Assembly: GCA_963695545.1 (NCBI GenBank)
Contig: OY968796.1
Coordinates: 3,968,001-4,032,000 of the forward strand
Length of the DNA stretch: 64,000 nucleotides
Direction of reading: 5' to 3'
Source: Terriglobia bacterium
GTDB taxonomy: Bacteria; Acidobacteriota; Terriglobia; Acidiferrales; UBA7541
The notes under the pieces were generated by a model that was not told where the DNA came from, searched no databases, and was given only the letters and a program-made list of their open reading frames with translations. Position numbers and translations under genes: made by a program. Numbering within the stretch: the stretch's first letter is position 1; every line of letters begins with the position of its first letter. Positions 9,886 through 20,102 of the stretch are shown piece after piece.

Positions 9886-11282
9886 TGGCCTCCACCATCG
9901 GCATCGCGTCGGACCGCGCCTCCGCCAGCACTCCCGTCCGCAAATCCGATCACAAATCCGACCGCGCCTCAAATCGCACCGCGGAGCGCGCGTCCTGGCG
10001 TAATTTTTTCGTGGCCATCGCCGCGCTCGGCCTGGCGCTCGGCCTCGCGCTGTACTCCGGCGCCGCGGCTCAGACGGGCAACATGGGCTTCGCGGCAGCC
10101 TCTGCGACTCTGGCGCTGGTCGTGGCCGGCTGGGTGGGCCTCGCAATCGTCCCGAAGCTCGCGCGGCGCACTTCCCTTCGCTGGCTCGCCTATCAAATGG
10201 ATTACAAGCTCACGCGCGAGGGCCTCGTGTATCTCGGCGGCGTCGCGGTCGTCACGCTCGCAGCGCTCAACACTGGCAACAATCTTTTGTTCATGGTGCT
10301 GGCCTGCCTGCTTTCCGGCATTTTGATTTCCGGTGTGCTTTCGCGTTTGGTTCTCTCCGGCGTCGACCTGCATCTCGATCTGCCGGAGCACATTTTCGCG
10401 ACGCAACCCGCGGTGGCGCTGGCCGAACTGCGCAACGAAAAATTCTGGCTCCCGTCGTTTTCGCTCTCCGTCGTCGGCGAGTCGCCGGAATCGAAGCGCG
10501 AGCGCGGCCGTGCCCCCGCCGCGATTCTCACGCGCCCCGTCTACTTCCCTTACCTTCCGCGCAAAGGGTCCGTGCGCCAGAGCGTCGAGCTCACCTTCCC
10601 GCGCCGCGGCCTCTACCGCCAAGACGCGCTCGGCCTGCGCACGAAATTTCCGTTCGGCTTCCTGCAAAAAACGCGCCGCATGGACGCCGATCTCGAAATC
10701 GTCGCCTATCCCGCCGTGCGCCAGAGCGACGAATTTTTCGAGGTGCTCCCGCTCGTCACCGGCGAACTTGAAAGTTACGTCCGCGGCCGCGGTCACGATC
10801 TCTACGCCATCCGCGATTACCGCTCGACCGACAGCGCGCGCCACGTCGATTGGAAAGCCACGGCCAAAAAAGCCGCGCTGCAAGTGCGCGAATACGCGCG
10901 CGAGGACGAACGCCGCGTGCTGCTCGCCCTCGATCCCGAACTCGATCCCGCTGCGTTCAAAGGTCCCGAACAAATGGCCGAGCGCTTCGATCGCGCCGTA
11001 GGTCTGTGCGCAAGTCTCGCCTGGCATTTCTACGGACTCGATTCCGTGCTCGAATTCCGCACCGCCGGCACCACGATTCCCGCCGCGCCCGCCGCCGAAG
11101 TGATCTACGACGCGCTGCGCAGCCTCGCGCTCGTTGAGCCGCGGCCGCGCTCGAAGGGCGCGCGTTTCCTCGATCAACTCACCGACCAGCCCGACATTTT
11201 CAAAATCATCGTGACGTTCGAGCCGCGCGGCGCCGTGCCCACGCGGCTTTGGAGTTCTTCGTTCTTGCTCTTTCAGTCCTAA
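9885..11282 (+). CDS. DUF58 membrane protein (MoxR-associated)
   Basis: ATG overlaps moxR stop (TGATG); AALNTGNNLL, FPFG, IRDY...D..RHVDWKATAK. Confidence 0.9.
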   Translation: MASTIGIASDRASASTPVRKSDHKSDRASNRTAERASWRNFFVAIAALGLALGLALYSGAAAQTGNMGFAAASATLALVVAGWVGLAIVPKLARRTSLRWLAYQMDYKLTREGLVYLGGVAVVTLAALNTGNNLLFMVLACLLSGILISGVLSRLVLSGVDLHLDLPEHIFATQPAVALAELRNEKFWLPSFSLSVVGESPESKRERGRAPAAILTRPVYFPYLPRKGSVRQSVELTFPRRGLYRQDALGLRTKFPFGFLQKTRRMDADLEIVAYPAVRQSDEFFEVLPLVTGELESYVRGRGHDLYAIRDYRSTDSARHVDWKATAKKAALQVREYAREDERRVLLALDPELDPAAFKGPEQMAERFDRAVGLCASLAWHFYGLDSVLEFRTAGTTIPAAPAAEVIYDALRSLALVEPRPRSKGARFLDQLTDQPDIFKIIVTFEPRGAVPTRLWSSSFLLFQS

Positions 11283-11342
11283 CGAATCCGGCGCACGCTA
11301 GCTTGCAACCCGCCCGACCGCTTGTGTCAGAATGCCAGGCTG

Positions 11343-12479
11343 ATGGCGTTGCCAAAAAATTTGCTGGCAGATGAAATCGCGATCGCGCGATTTCGCCGCA
11401 ATCTCCTCGCGTGGTATCACGCGTCGAAACGCGATCTCCCCTGGCGCCGCACGCACGACCCGTACCGCATCTGGCTTTCCGAAATCATGCTCCAGCAAAC
11501 GCGCGTGGCCGCGGTGATCGGTTATTACGAGCGCTTCCTCGATCGTTTCCCTACCATCGAATCGCTCGCCGCGGCGCGCGCCGAGGAAGTTTTGCGTCTC
11601 TGGGCCGGCCTCGGCTATTACAGCCGCGCGCGCAATTTGCTTCGCGCCGCGCAGCAAATCATCGCGCAGCACGGCGGCGAATTTCCGCGCGCGTGGGACG
11701 CCGCGATCGCGCTCCCGGGAATCGGCACGTACACCGCCGCTGCGATTCTCAGCATTGCCTATGGCGAGCCGCACGCCGTGCTCGATGGCAACGTGGCGCG
11801 CGTACTCGCGCGCGTCGACGCCGTTCGCGGCGATCTTCGCGCGCCGCGCCGATGGAACGCTCTCACAGTCCGCGCGCAACAAATCGCCGATCCCTTCGCA
11901 TCCGGCGATTGGAACCAAGCCATGATGGAACTCGGCGCCACTATCTGTTTGCCGCGCGCGCCGCTGTGCGAAATATGTCCCGTGCGCGAGTTCTGCCGCG
12001 CGCGAGCGCTAGGCTTGACCAACTCTATTCCCGCGGCGCGGCGAAAACGCGCGCCCGAATCCGTGACGCTCGCCGCCGCCGTTCTGCTCGATCATCGCGG
12101 CCGAACCTTGCTTGTGCGCCCGGGCGCGGCCGAAGCCGCGCTGTTCTCGCGCATGTGGCAATTCCCTGCCGTCGATGCGACCGCGAATGCGGCCTCTGCA
12201 ACGCGCACCGCGCTCGCCAAACATCTCCGCCTCTCGCTCAAAATTGTCGGAATCAGCGCCGCGCAGCTCGCGCCCGCCGATGATTCGCGCCACACCGTGA
12301 CGTTCCGCCGCATCCGCCTCGCCACATTCCTCGCGCGCGTCGCGCGATTGCCGCGATCGCGCGACACACGCACTCCGCGCCTCGACGACGTCGCGCATCT
12401 CGCCGTCTCGAGCGCCACCAAGAAAATCGCGGCCGCGGCCCTGCGCGCCCTCTCCGCCGCTCCGTCGCCGAAAACGTAA
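11343..12479 (+). CDS. mutY: A/G-specific adenine glycosylase MutY
   Basis: RDLPWR, SEIMLQQT, GLGYYSRARN, LPGIGTYT, DGNVARV, CX6CX2CX5C Fe-S motif. Confidence 0.95.
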   Translation: MALPKNLLADEIAIARFRRNLLAWYHASKRDLPWRRTHDPYRIWLSEIMLQQTRVAAVIGYYERFLDRFPTIESLAAARAEEVLRLWAGLGYYSRARNLLRAAQQIIAQHGGEFPRAWDAAIALPGIGTYTAAAILSIAYGEPHAVLDGNVARVLARVDAVRGDLRAPRRWNALTVRAQQIADPFASGDWNQAMMELGATICLPRAPLCEICPVREFCRARALGLTNSIPAARRKRAPESVTLAAAVLLDHRGRTLLVRPGAAEAALFSRMWQFPAVDATANAASATRTALAKHLRLSLKIVGISAAQLAPADDSRHTVTFRRIRLATFLARVARLPRSRDTRTPRLDDVAHLAVSSATKKIAAAALRALSAAPSPKT

Positions 12480-12585
12480 CGCAACGATTCCGCCGCTCCG
12501 CGACACGGTAATCAGTTGGAGCCGTTCCGCCGCGCGCGCGCCGCGACATACGCTCTCGGCTGCTAACATCGAAGTTGAAACCGCC

Positions 12586-14850
12586 ATGCCGCAGCCCATC
12601 ACCACTCGCGACGCGCATCTCTCCGCGCTCGATCGCTATTTCGAGATCTCGCTCTATCTCCTTCTGCTCACCAGCGTGCTCGCGCTCGTCTCCACCGGCA
12701 AGCTCGATCTCGTCACCATGCTCGGAGCGCCCGCCGCCCTGCTGGTGAAGGGCATTCGCTGGCTCCGCGGACTCAAGCCCGAGCTTTCCTCGCGCGCCGC
12801 CACCTGGATCGTCGCGCTCTATCTCGTTTTTTTCCCCATTGACCTTTACTGGGTCTCCCGGTCTATCGCCGCAAACGCGCAAAATCCCAGCTTGATGGCC
12901 GCGCTGCTGGCCGCGATTCACCTGATGCTTTTCGTGATGATCGTTCGCCTTTTCAGCGCGCAGAGCACGCGCGATCACTTGTTCCTCGCCATGCTCGCGT
13001 TCGCGGCCATGTTGTGCGCCGCGATCCTCACTGTCGGCACGGCGTACCTCGCGTTCTTTTTCGCGTTTCTGCTTCTCGCGATTTCCACTTTCATCGGCCT
13101 CGAAATGCGCCGCAGTTCCGAAGCCGCCACGGCGGCGCCTCTTGAATCCGGCACGGGCGCGGCCAAGCGTCTGCAGCGCGCGCTCGGCGGAGCCTCCGTT
13201 CTGCTCGCGGTTGGAACGCTCGTCGTCGGCACGTTGATCTTTTTTCTGATCCCGCGCGTTTCCGCCGGCTATCTTTCCGGCTACAACCTTCAGCCCACGT
13301 TGATCTCGGGATTTTCCGACGACGTCGAGCTCGGCGAAATCGGCACAATCCAGAAAAGCAGCGCCGTGGTGATGCACATCGCGGTCCAGGGCGATCCTGT
13401 TGCGGCGCAATCCATGCATTGGCGCGGCATCGTGCTCACGAATTTCACCGGCTCGCGCTGGTCCAGCGACGAGCGCGGCCCGGTCACCATCCTCGCCGGC
13501 CCGAGCGGCTGGTACCCGCTCGCGTCCGGACCCGCGCCGGCGCTGCGCCGCGCCGTGCCCATGCGCTACACCGTGATGCTCGAACCGCTGGCCACCACTT
13601 CGCTCTTTTTCGCCGCCGAACCCCAGAGTGTGCGCGGCACTTTCGGCGGCGCCGCGTCCGGCGCAGCCGCGCGTCGCAGTTTTCTGGTGCGCGATCGCAC
13701 CGGCTCGATCTTCGATCCGTTCTACATCTCGGAACGCGTGCGCTACGAAGCGGTGTCCATGCGCGATGTAAACACGCCCGCCGAACTGCGCACCGCGCCG
13801 ACCGTCTACCCCAGCGAAATCACCGCCGCTTATTTGCAATTGCCGTGGCTCGATCCGCGTATTCCCGCGCTCGCGCAGCAAATCACCGCGCACAGCCCCA
13901 CTCCGTACGACAAAGCGTCCGCCATTGAAATTTATCTGCGCACGCACTACGGTTATACGCTCGATCTTTCCGGCAAGCCGCCGGCCGATCCTCTCGCCTA
14001 TTTCCTGTTCGATCGCCGCGCCGGCCATTGCGAATATTTCGCATCGGCCATGACCGTGATGGTGCGCAGCCTGGGCATTCCGGCGCGCTACATCAATGGT
14101 TTTCTGCCCGGCGAATACAACAGCGTGGACGGCAATTACGTGATCCGCGCAAGCGACGCGCACAGCTGGGTGGAAGTTTATTTTCCCGATTACGGCTGGA
14201 TCACCTTTGATCCCACTCCACCGTCGGAAGAAGAGTCGTTGAGCTTCGCCGCGCACCTCGCGCAATACTGGGATTGGTTTCAAGTGAGCTGGAGCGAGTG
14301 GGTGATCAATTACGATTTCTCGCACCAGTTCCAACTCGCGCAGGGCGTGCAGCGCGCGTCGCGCGCGTGGACCGAGCGCTGGATCGAGCGCGTGGGTTCG
14401 GCGAGGGCCGGCGCCACGAACTGGATGCTCACCTGGCAGGTGCGCGTGTTGCGCTGGCCGCACCGCGAATCGCTTTGGTTGATTCTGGTCGCGGCGATGG
14501 CGGCGCTTGTGGCGTGGAAGGCCGGGCCGCCGCTGCGAAAATTTTGGCAGTTGCATGCGGGAGGCAGCGGCGCGGTTTCCGCGCATCTCGCTACGCTCTA
14601 CTACGCGCAGATGCTGCGTCTGCTCGAGCGACGCGGCATCGAAAAGGCCGAAGGCCAAACCCCGCTCGAATTCGCGGCGTCGATCGGCCTCGGCGAAATG
14701 GCCGCGCCGGTCGGGGAATTCACCACGATTTACCAAGCTGCGCGTTTCGGCGGAGCTAGCGCCGATCGCCAACAACTAAGACATCTCCTCGACCGCATCC
14801 GCTCCGTCGGCCGCGCCAGAACCCCTCGCGTCACAACCCTCGTTCTCTAA
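12586..14850 (+). CDS. DUF3488/DUF4129 transglutaminase-like membrane protein (TgpA-like)
   Basis: Multi-TM N-terminus; GHCEYFASAM, AHSWVEVY, W..FDPTP catalytic triad motifs. Confidence 0.93.
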   Translation: MPQPITTRDAHLSALDRYFEISLYLLLLTSVLALVSTGKLDLVTMLGAPAALLVKGIRWLRGLKPELSSRAATWIVALYLVFFPIDLYWVSRSIAANAQNPSLMAALLAAIHLMLFVMIVRLFSAQSTRDHLFLAMLAFAAMLCAAILTVGTAYLAFFFAFLLLAISTFIGLEMRRSSEAATAAPLESGTGAAKRLQRALGGASVLLAVGTLVVGTLIFFLIPRVSAGYLSGYNLQPTLISGFSDDVELGEIGTIQKSSAVVMHIAVQGDPVAAQSMHWRGIVLTNFTGSRWSSDERGPVTILAGPSGWYPLASGPAPALRRAVPMRYTVMLEPLATTSLFFAAEPQSVRGTFGGAASGAAARRSFLVRDRTGSIFDPFYISERVRYEAVSMRDVNTPAELRTAPTVYPSEITAAYLQLPWLDPRIPALAQQITAHSPTPYDKASAIEIYLRTHYGYTLDLSGKPPADPLAYFLFDRRAGHCEYFASAMTVMVRSLGIPARYINGFLPGEYNSVDGNYVIRASDAHSWVEVYFPDYGWITFDPTPPSEEESLSFAAHLAQYWDWFQVSWSEWVINYDFSHQFQLAQGVQRASRAWTERWIERVGSARAGATNWMLTWQVRVLRWPHRESLWLILVAAMAALVAWKAGPPLRKFWQLHAGGSGAVSAHLATLYYAQMLRLLERRGIEKAEGQTPLEFAASIGLGEMAAPVGEFTTIYQAARFGGASADRQQLRHLLDRIRSVGRARTPRVTTLVL

Positions 14851-14877
14851 CGCGCCGCCCCTCCGAAACGAACCCGG

Positions 14878-15249
14878 GTATATACACCCCCGGTATGTTT
14901 TGCGTAAGAAACACAAACAAAAGAACTTGTAGGAGAAGAGTGCGGATGAGTGTGAAAAGACAGTGGATTAAAACTGCTTGTTATGAGTGAGTTGCGCACT
15001 CTTTTGTATTCAACTGAAAACAAAGTGGTTGTATGGGGAGAAAATGCGATCGGATACGCACATAGTGTGCGCGAATCAGCGCGATTGGAGCGGCCTGCCA
15101 CGCGTGAAGACGGAAATGGGGTAGGTTCGGGGCCGCAGGGTGGCGCGGGGAAAAGTGGGAGGGCCGGAGAATTCGAATTGTTTGTGGCGAACATATGAAA
15201 CGGTAACATAGAGTCCAGATAGTGTCAACTACTATTTAAGTATTCGAAA
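14878..15249 (-). repeat. Copy 1 of dispersed promoter-plus-structured-core intergenic element
   Basis: Reverse complement shares exact blocks of 31, 23 and 14 nt with 59125-59252, plus the upstream TTTCGAATA..TAAATA..GTTGACA box with 58713-58742. Confidence 0.85.
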
Positions 15250-15386
15250 CGAATTAGGCGCGCAAGGCACGGACAAGCTCGCGCCGCGGCGAGCGACGGG
15301 ATCTGCGGTGCGCCAGCGGCGGGAGGCGGCTCGGGCAGTGTGCTAAACTGGCTGGATTGCGCGCATGGCACGAACCGCGCCCGCTT

Positions 15387-16826
15387 ATGCCGAAAGCCGG
15401 ATTCATCAGCCTGGGTTGCCCGAAGAACCTCGTCGATAGCGAGGTGATGATGGGCATTTTGGCGCGTCACGGATACGAATTTACGCCGCGCGCCGAAGAA
15501 GCCGAAGTGTTGGTGGTGAACACCTGCAGCTTCATCGAATCCGCGCAGCACGAATCCGTCGAAGCCATTCTCGAAATGGCCGAATACAAAAAATTCGGCG
15601 TGGCGCGGAAATTGATCGTGGCCGGCTGCCTGGTTGAACGCTATCGCGACGAAATCAGAAAGCGGATCCCGGAAGTCGATGCGGTGATCGGCACCGGCGA
15701 AGTCGAGCGCGTGCTCGAAGCCGTGCGCGGCGAAGCGTTCGCATCCGACGCCGCGAGCGGGCCCGATTACCTCTATCACGATCTGACGCCGCGCCTGCTG
15801 ACCACGCCTCGCCACGCGGCGTATTTAAAAATCGCTGAAGGCTGCGATCATCCCTGCTCGTTCTGCATCATTCCGCAATTGCGCGGGAAATTCCGCAGCC
15901 GCCGCGTGGAATCGGTGGCGCGAGAGGCGGAGCGCCTGGCCGACGCCGGCGTGCGCGAGCTCACGCTGATCGGACAGGACACTACTTCGTACGGCGAAGA
16001 CCTCGGCTTGAAAGACGGCTTGCCGCTCCTGCTCGATCGCCTTTCCGAAATCGACGCGTTGCAATGGGTGCGCGTTCTCTACATCTATCCGAATCGCGTC
16101 ACGCAGCGACTGCTCGAGACCATCGCCGCGCGTCCGCGCCTTGCGAAATATCTCGACATGCCGCTGCAACATGCGAGCCGCAGTGTTCTGGCGCGCATGA
16201 AGCGCGGCGGCTCCGGCGACGCCTTCTTGAAATTGCTCGAGCGCATGCGCCGCACCATCGACGGCGTGGCCCTGCGAACTTCTTTCGTCGTGGGCTTCCC
16301 CGGCGAAACCGAGGCCGATTTCAAAGAACTGTGCGATTTCGTGCGCGCCGCGCGCTTCGATTGGATGGGCGTGTTCGGCTATTCCGATGTCGAAAATGCC
16401 GCGAGCCACGCGCTCGACGCGCGTAGCAAAGTCGATCCCGCGGTGATCGCCGAGCGCCGCGCTCACCTGATGACCATTCAAAAATCGATTTCCGCCCGCA
16501 ATCTGCGCCGCTTCGTCGGACAGCGCGTCACGGCGCTCGTCGAAGGCCCATCGAAAGATAACGATCTCGTTTGGGAAGCGCGCCTCGAAACCATGGCCCC
16601 CGAAATCGACGGCAAGCTTCTGCTCACCGATATCGAAACGCCCAGCGGCACAGCGCGCCCCGGCGACATCATCACCGCCGAGATCGAATCCTCGCACGAC
16701 TACGATTTAGCCGGCCGCGCGGTGCAAATTTTGGATACGCGTCCCGATGCGCCGCGCGAATCGCTGCCCGCGTCCGTCCCGGCGATGCGCATCGGCACCG
16801 GCGCCGCTCTGCGCGTCCTCGCGTGA
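15387..16826 (+). CDS. rimO: Ribosomal protein S12 methylthiotransferase RimO
   Basis: SLGCPKNLVDSE, NTCSFIESA, EGCDHPCSFC (radical SAM), APEIDG TRAM region. Confidence 0.96.
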   Translation: MPKAGFISLGCPKNLVDSEVMMGILARHGYEFTPRAEEAEVLVVNTCSFIESAQHESVEAILEMAEYKKFGVARKLIVAGCLVERYRDEIRKRIPEVDAVIGTGEVERVLEAVRGEAFASDAASGPDYLYHDLTPRLLTTPRHAAYLKIAEGCDHPCSFCIIPQLRGKFRSRRVESVAREAERLADAGVRELTLIGQDTTSYGEDLGLKDGLPLLLDRLSEIDALQWVRVLYIYPNRVTQRLLETIAARPRLAKYLDMPLQHASRSVLARMKRGGSGDAFLKLLERMRRTIDGVALRTSFVVGFPGETEADFKELCDFVRAARFDWMGVFGYSDVENAASHALDARSKVDPAVIAERRAHLMTIQKSISARNLRRFVGQRVTALVEGPSKDNDLVWEARLETMAPEIDGKLLLTDIETPSGTARPGDIITAEIESSHDYDLAGRAVQILDTRPDAPRESLPASVPAMRIGTGAALRVLA

Positions 16827-16835
16827 GGCAACTCC

Positions 16836-17051
16836 ATGCGCCATCGCTGCCCCATCTGCCATAAGCCGACCGACTCCGAAAAGAATCAGGAGTTCCCTTT
16901 CTGCAGCGAGCGCTGCCGCCTCGTCGACCTTGGCAACTGGGCCACCGAAAAATACCGAATCGCCTCCCCGCAAATGGACGAATCCGAAGCCGAAGAAATC
17001 GATACGCATGAATCCGGAACCGACGCCGACACCGACGACCACGCCCAATAG
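16836..17051 (+). CDS. yacG: DNA gyrase inhibitor YacG
   Basis: CPIC...FPFCSERCRLVDLGNW zinc finger, acidic tail. Confidence 0.92.
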   Translation: MRHRCPICHKPTDSEKNQEFPFCSERCRLVDLGNWATEKYRIASPQMDESEAEEIDTHESGTDADTDDHAQ

Positions 17052-17700
17052 CGCGAGCAGCGCGAGCGCCGCGCCGCCGCGACGCAAGCCCCGCATCTCG
17101 CTCGCGATCGCGACGGCCCTCGGCCTAGGCTACATCCCGAAAGCGCCCGGAACATTCGGCTCCCTCGCCGGCGTCGCGCTGACCCTCGTCTCCCCGATTC
17201 TCCTATTCTTGTCATTCGCCTGGATGGGGCCGGGCGTTTTTGAGGAATACCATCTCCATGTCGGAGACCAATGGATGCTTTTCATAATCGCCAACGTCTA
17301 TTACGAACTCGGCCTCTGCCTCGCGGTTGCGCTCTTGGGCGTTTGGACCGCGTCCCGGTCGGCCGCATACCTCGGCTCAAAGGATCCGCAGGTCGTCGTG
17401 ATCGACGAGGTCTCCGGACAATACCTTGCGCTTTTCGTCGGCAGCCTGTGGCCAGGGCGGTTCGAGGCAATGCACCTGCTCACCTGGCCTCGGTCCGTCG
17501 TGTATAACCTCGACTTTCCACTTGACTGGAAATGTCTCTTGGCGGGATTTATACTTTTTCGCGTTTTCGATATCTGGAAGCCATTCCCGGCGCGTCAGGC
17601 AGAATCTTTGCCGCGCGGCTGGGGAATCATGGCCGACGACTGGATCGCGGGCCTCTACGCCGCGCTCGGATTGTGGATTTTGCGCGCGCTGGGGCTATGA
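17008..17700 (+). CDS. pgpA: Phosphatidylglycerophosphatase A
   Basis: PKAPGTFGS, DPQVVVIDEV.G, FRVFDIWKP, GIMADD. Confidence 0.92.
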   Translation: MNPEPTPTPTTTPNSASSASAAPPRRKPRISLAIATALGLGYIPKAPGTFGSLAGVALTLVSPILLFLSFAWMGPGVFEEYHLHVGDQWMLFIIANVYYELGLCLAVALLGVWTASRSAAYLGSKDPQVVVIDEVSGQYLALFVGSLWPGRFEAMHLLTWPRSVVYNLDFPLDWKCLLAGFILFRVFDIWKPFPARQAESLPRGWGIMADDWIAGLYAALGLWILRALGL

Positions 17701-17746
17701 TCAGCCCGCACAGGGCGACGCGCGTTAGCTGACGAAGATATTTCTC

Positions 17747-18769
17747 ATGGAAACGAACGGCATACCTCGAATCGACCGCATCTCTCCGGCAGCAGCCGTG
17801 CCGGGCGGCGACGTGACCATCCACGGAACTTTTCATTCCGCGCCGAGCGTGCGGCCGCGCGTGCGCTTCGGCGACGCCGAGGCCAGCCTGCTGATCGCGA
17901 GCGATGAATACTTAATTGCGCGCGTGCCCGAAGGTTCGATCGGCGGCCTGGTGCGCGTTGAAACATCGCGCGCGGCAAGCCAACCGTTCGCCATGCACGT
18001 CGGCGTGCAAATCGCCGACAACTTGCATCCGGTCGCGAATCCCGCTGTGGACGCCGCGGGAAATATCTACGTGACGTTCAGCGGGCAGCGCGGCCATAAA
18101 GCGGCCGTCTCGCTCTACAAGATCACCTCGAATTACACCGTGAAGCCCTTCGTCACCGAAATGACGAATCCCACAGGTCTTGCGATCGACCGCAACGGCG
18201 CGCTTTTCGTTTCCTGCCGGAACGACGGCACGATCCATCGCGTCTCGCCCGAGGGCCGCGCCGAGATGTGGATCGAAGGCATGGGCGTCGCCACCGGCAT
18301 CGCGTTCGATCGGCGCGGAAATCTTTTTGTCGGCGATCGCAGCGGAACAATTTTCAAGATCAGTCCGGACAAGGAAATTTTCGTCTTTGCCACGCTTGAA
18401 CCGTCGATCGCGGCGTATCATCTCGCGTTCAGTCCGTCCGGCGAACTCTTCGTCACCGGGCCCACCACATCGAGCTTCGATCGCGTCTATCGCATCGATC
18501 AGCAAGGCGAAGTGACCACGTTCTATCGCGGATTGGGACGCCCGCAAGGACTCGCGTTCGATAGCCTCGGCAATTTGTATGTCGTCGCTTCGCTTGCCGG
18601 ACACCGCGGCGTGGTGCGCATTTCGCCGAGCGGAAACGCCGAGCAGGTGATCAGCGGAGTCGGACTCGTCGGCATCGCGCTGCCGCCGGGGCGACGCGCG
18701 GTGCTCGCGGCGACGACGTCGCTCTACAGCCTCGACTGGGAAGTCGAAGGAGCCTCGCTGCCGATTTAG
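17747..18769 (+). CDS. IPT/TIG-domain plus beta-propeller (SMP-30/NHL-like) protein
   Basis: N-terminal Ig-like segment (ISP.AA.PGG.VTI.G) then repeated P.GLAFD..GNLYV blades. Confidence 0.75.
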   Translation: METNGIPRIDRISPAAAVPGGDVTIHGTFHSAPSVRPRVRFGDAEASLLIASDEYLIARVPEGSIGGLVRVETSRAASQPFAMHVGVQIADNLHPVANPAVDAAGNIYVTFSGQRGHKAAVSLYKITSNYTVKPFVTEMTNPTGLAIDRNGALFVSCRNDGTIHRVSPEGRAEMWIEGMGVATGIAFDRRGNLFVGDRSGTIFKISPDKEIFVFATLEPSIAAYHLAFSPSGELFVTGPTTSSFDRVYRIDQQGEVTTFYRGLGRPQGLAFDSLGNLYVVASLAGHRGVVRISPSGNAEQVISGVGLVGIALPPGRRAVLAATTSLYSLDWEVEGASLPI

Positions 18770-18781
18770 CGCGCGCCAGAA

Positions 18782-20098
18782 ATGAAAGCGGAAATCATAG
18801 CGGTTGGCTCGGAACTGCTCACGCCGGATCGCATCGACACGAATTCCCTTTTTCTCACCGAGCATCTCAATCGCCTGGGCATCGAAGTCACGCGCAAATC
18901 GGTGGTCGGCGACAATCTCGCCGCGATTCAAGATACATTTCGCGGAGCGCTCGAACGAGTCGAACTCGTTGTCGCCTCCGGCGGACTCGGTCCCACGGAA
19001 GACGATTTGACGCGCGAAGCCGTCGCCGAACTTCTCGGCCTGCGCCTTGTGCAAAATGAAGGCGTGATTCGCGCGATTCAGGAGCGTTTCCAAAAGCGCG
19101 GCCGCGCGATGGCCGAAAATAACGCGCGCCAGGCGATGGTGCCCGAAGGCGCGACGATTCTTGAAAATAAGCGCGGCACCGCACCGGGACTTTGGATCGA
19201 ATCGAAGCAGCGTATCGTGATTCTGTTGCCCGGGCCGCCGCGGGAATTGAAGGCGTTGTTCGAGAGCGAAGTTGAGCCGCGCCTCGCGCGCCACGCGCCC
19301 GCATTGCGATTGCATCATCGCGAGCTGCGCACGGTGGGATTGCCGGAATCCGATCTCGATCTGCGCATTGCGCCGATCTACAAAACGTATGCCGACGTGG
19401 AGACAACCGTTCTCGCGGGGCCCGGCGAAATTGAAGTCCACTTCCGCCTCTGGTCGGCCGATGCGGCCGACGCCGAGCGGCGCCTTGACGAACTCGAACG
19501 GCACGTGGCGCTCGCGCTCGGCGAATTCATCGTTTCAACGGGCGGCGAAACGCTCGAACAAGTGGTCGGCCGGCTGCTCGCCGCACACCACGCGACGATT
19601 GCCACGGCGGAAAGCTGCACGGCGGGATTAGTGGCCGAGCGGCTCACGCGCGTCCCGGGCAGCTCCGCATATTTTCTGGGCGGAGTGGTCTGCTACAGCA
19701 ACGAATTGAAAACGGCGTTCGCGGACGTGCCGGCCGAAATGATCGAGAAATACGGCGCGGTCAGCGCGGAAGTGGCGCGGAGTCTCGCGGAAGGAATTCG
19801 CCGGCGCACCGGCGCGGCGCTGGGCGTGAGCGTCACGGGCGTGGCCGGGCCCGGCGGCGGAACTCCCGCGAAGCCCGTGGGCACGGTGCACATCGCGCTG
19901 GCCGCGGCGGGTGGCACGATCGAGCGCGGGCTTTTATTGACCGGCGAACGCGAGCGCATCCGCTGGCAAGCGTCGCAATCGGCGCTGGACATTGTGCGGC
20001 GCCATTTTCTCGGCGCGACCGGGCTCGGCGCGACCGGGCGCGGCGGCGCGCCAGCATCGCTTCGCAGCGTGCCTCAAAAAACAAATTCAAAGGCTTGA
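18782..20098 (+). CDS. cinA: Competence/damage-inducible CinA (with C-terminal PncC domain)
   Basis: AVGSELL, GGLGPTEDD.T, GTAPG, AESCTAG, TGVAGPGG. Confidence 0.95.
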   Translation: MKAEIIAVGSELLTPDRIDTNSLFLTEHLNRLGIEVTRKSVVGDNLAAIQDTFRGALERVELVVASGGLGPTEDDLTREAVAELLGLRLVQNEGVIRAIQERFQKRGRAMAENNARQAMVPEGATILENKRGTAPGLWIESKQRIVILLPGPPRELKALFESEVEPRLARHAPALRLHHRELRTVGLPESDLDLRIAPIYKTYADVETTVLAGPGEIEVHFRLWSADAADAERRLDELERHVALALGEFIVSTGGETLEQVVGRLLAAHHATIATAESCTAGLVAERLTRVPGSSAYFLGGVVCYSNELKTAFADVPAEMIEKYGAVSAEVARSLAEGIRRRTGAALGVSVTGVAGPGGGTPAKPVGTVHIALAAAGGTIERGLLLTGERERIRWQASQSALDIVRRHFLGATGLGATGRGGAPASLRSVPQKTNSKA

Positions 20099-20102
20099 GC
20101 GC

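Noticed and set aside
12253..14775. 840-aa minus-strand ORF
   Set aside because: Antisense shadow of the transglutaminase gene; Arg-rich with no motifs, typical of high-GC DNA
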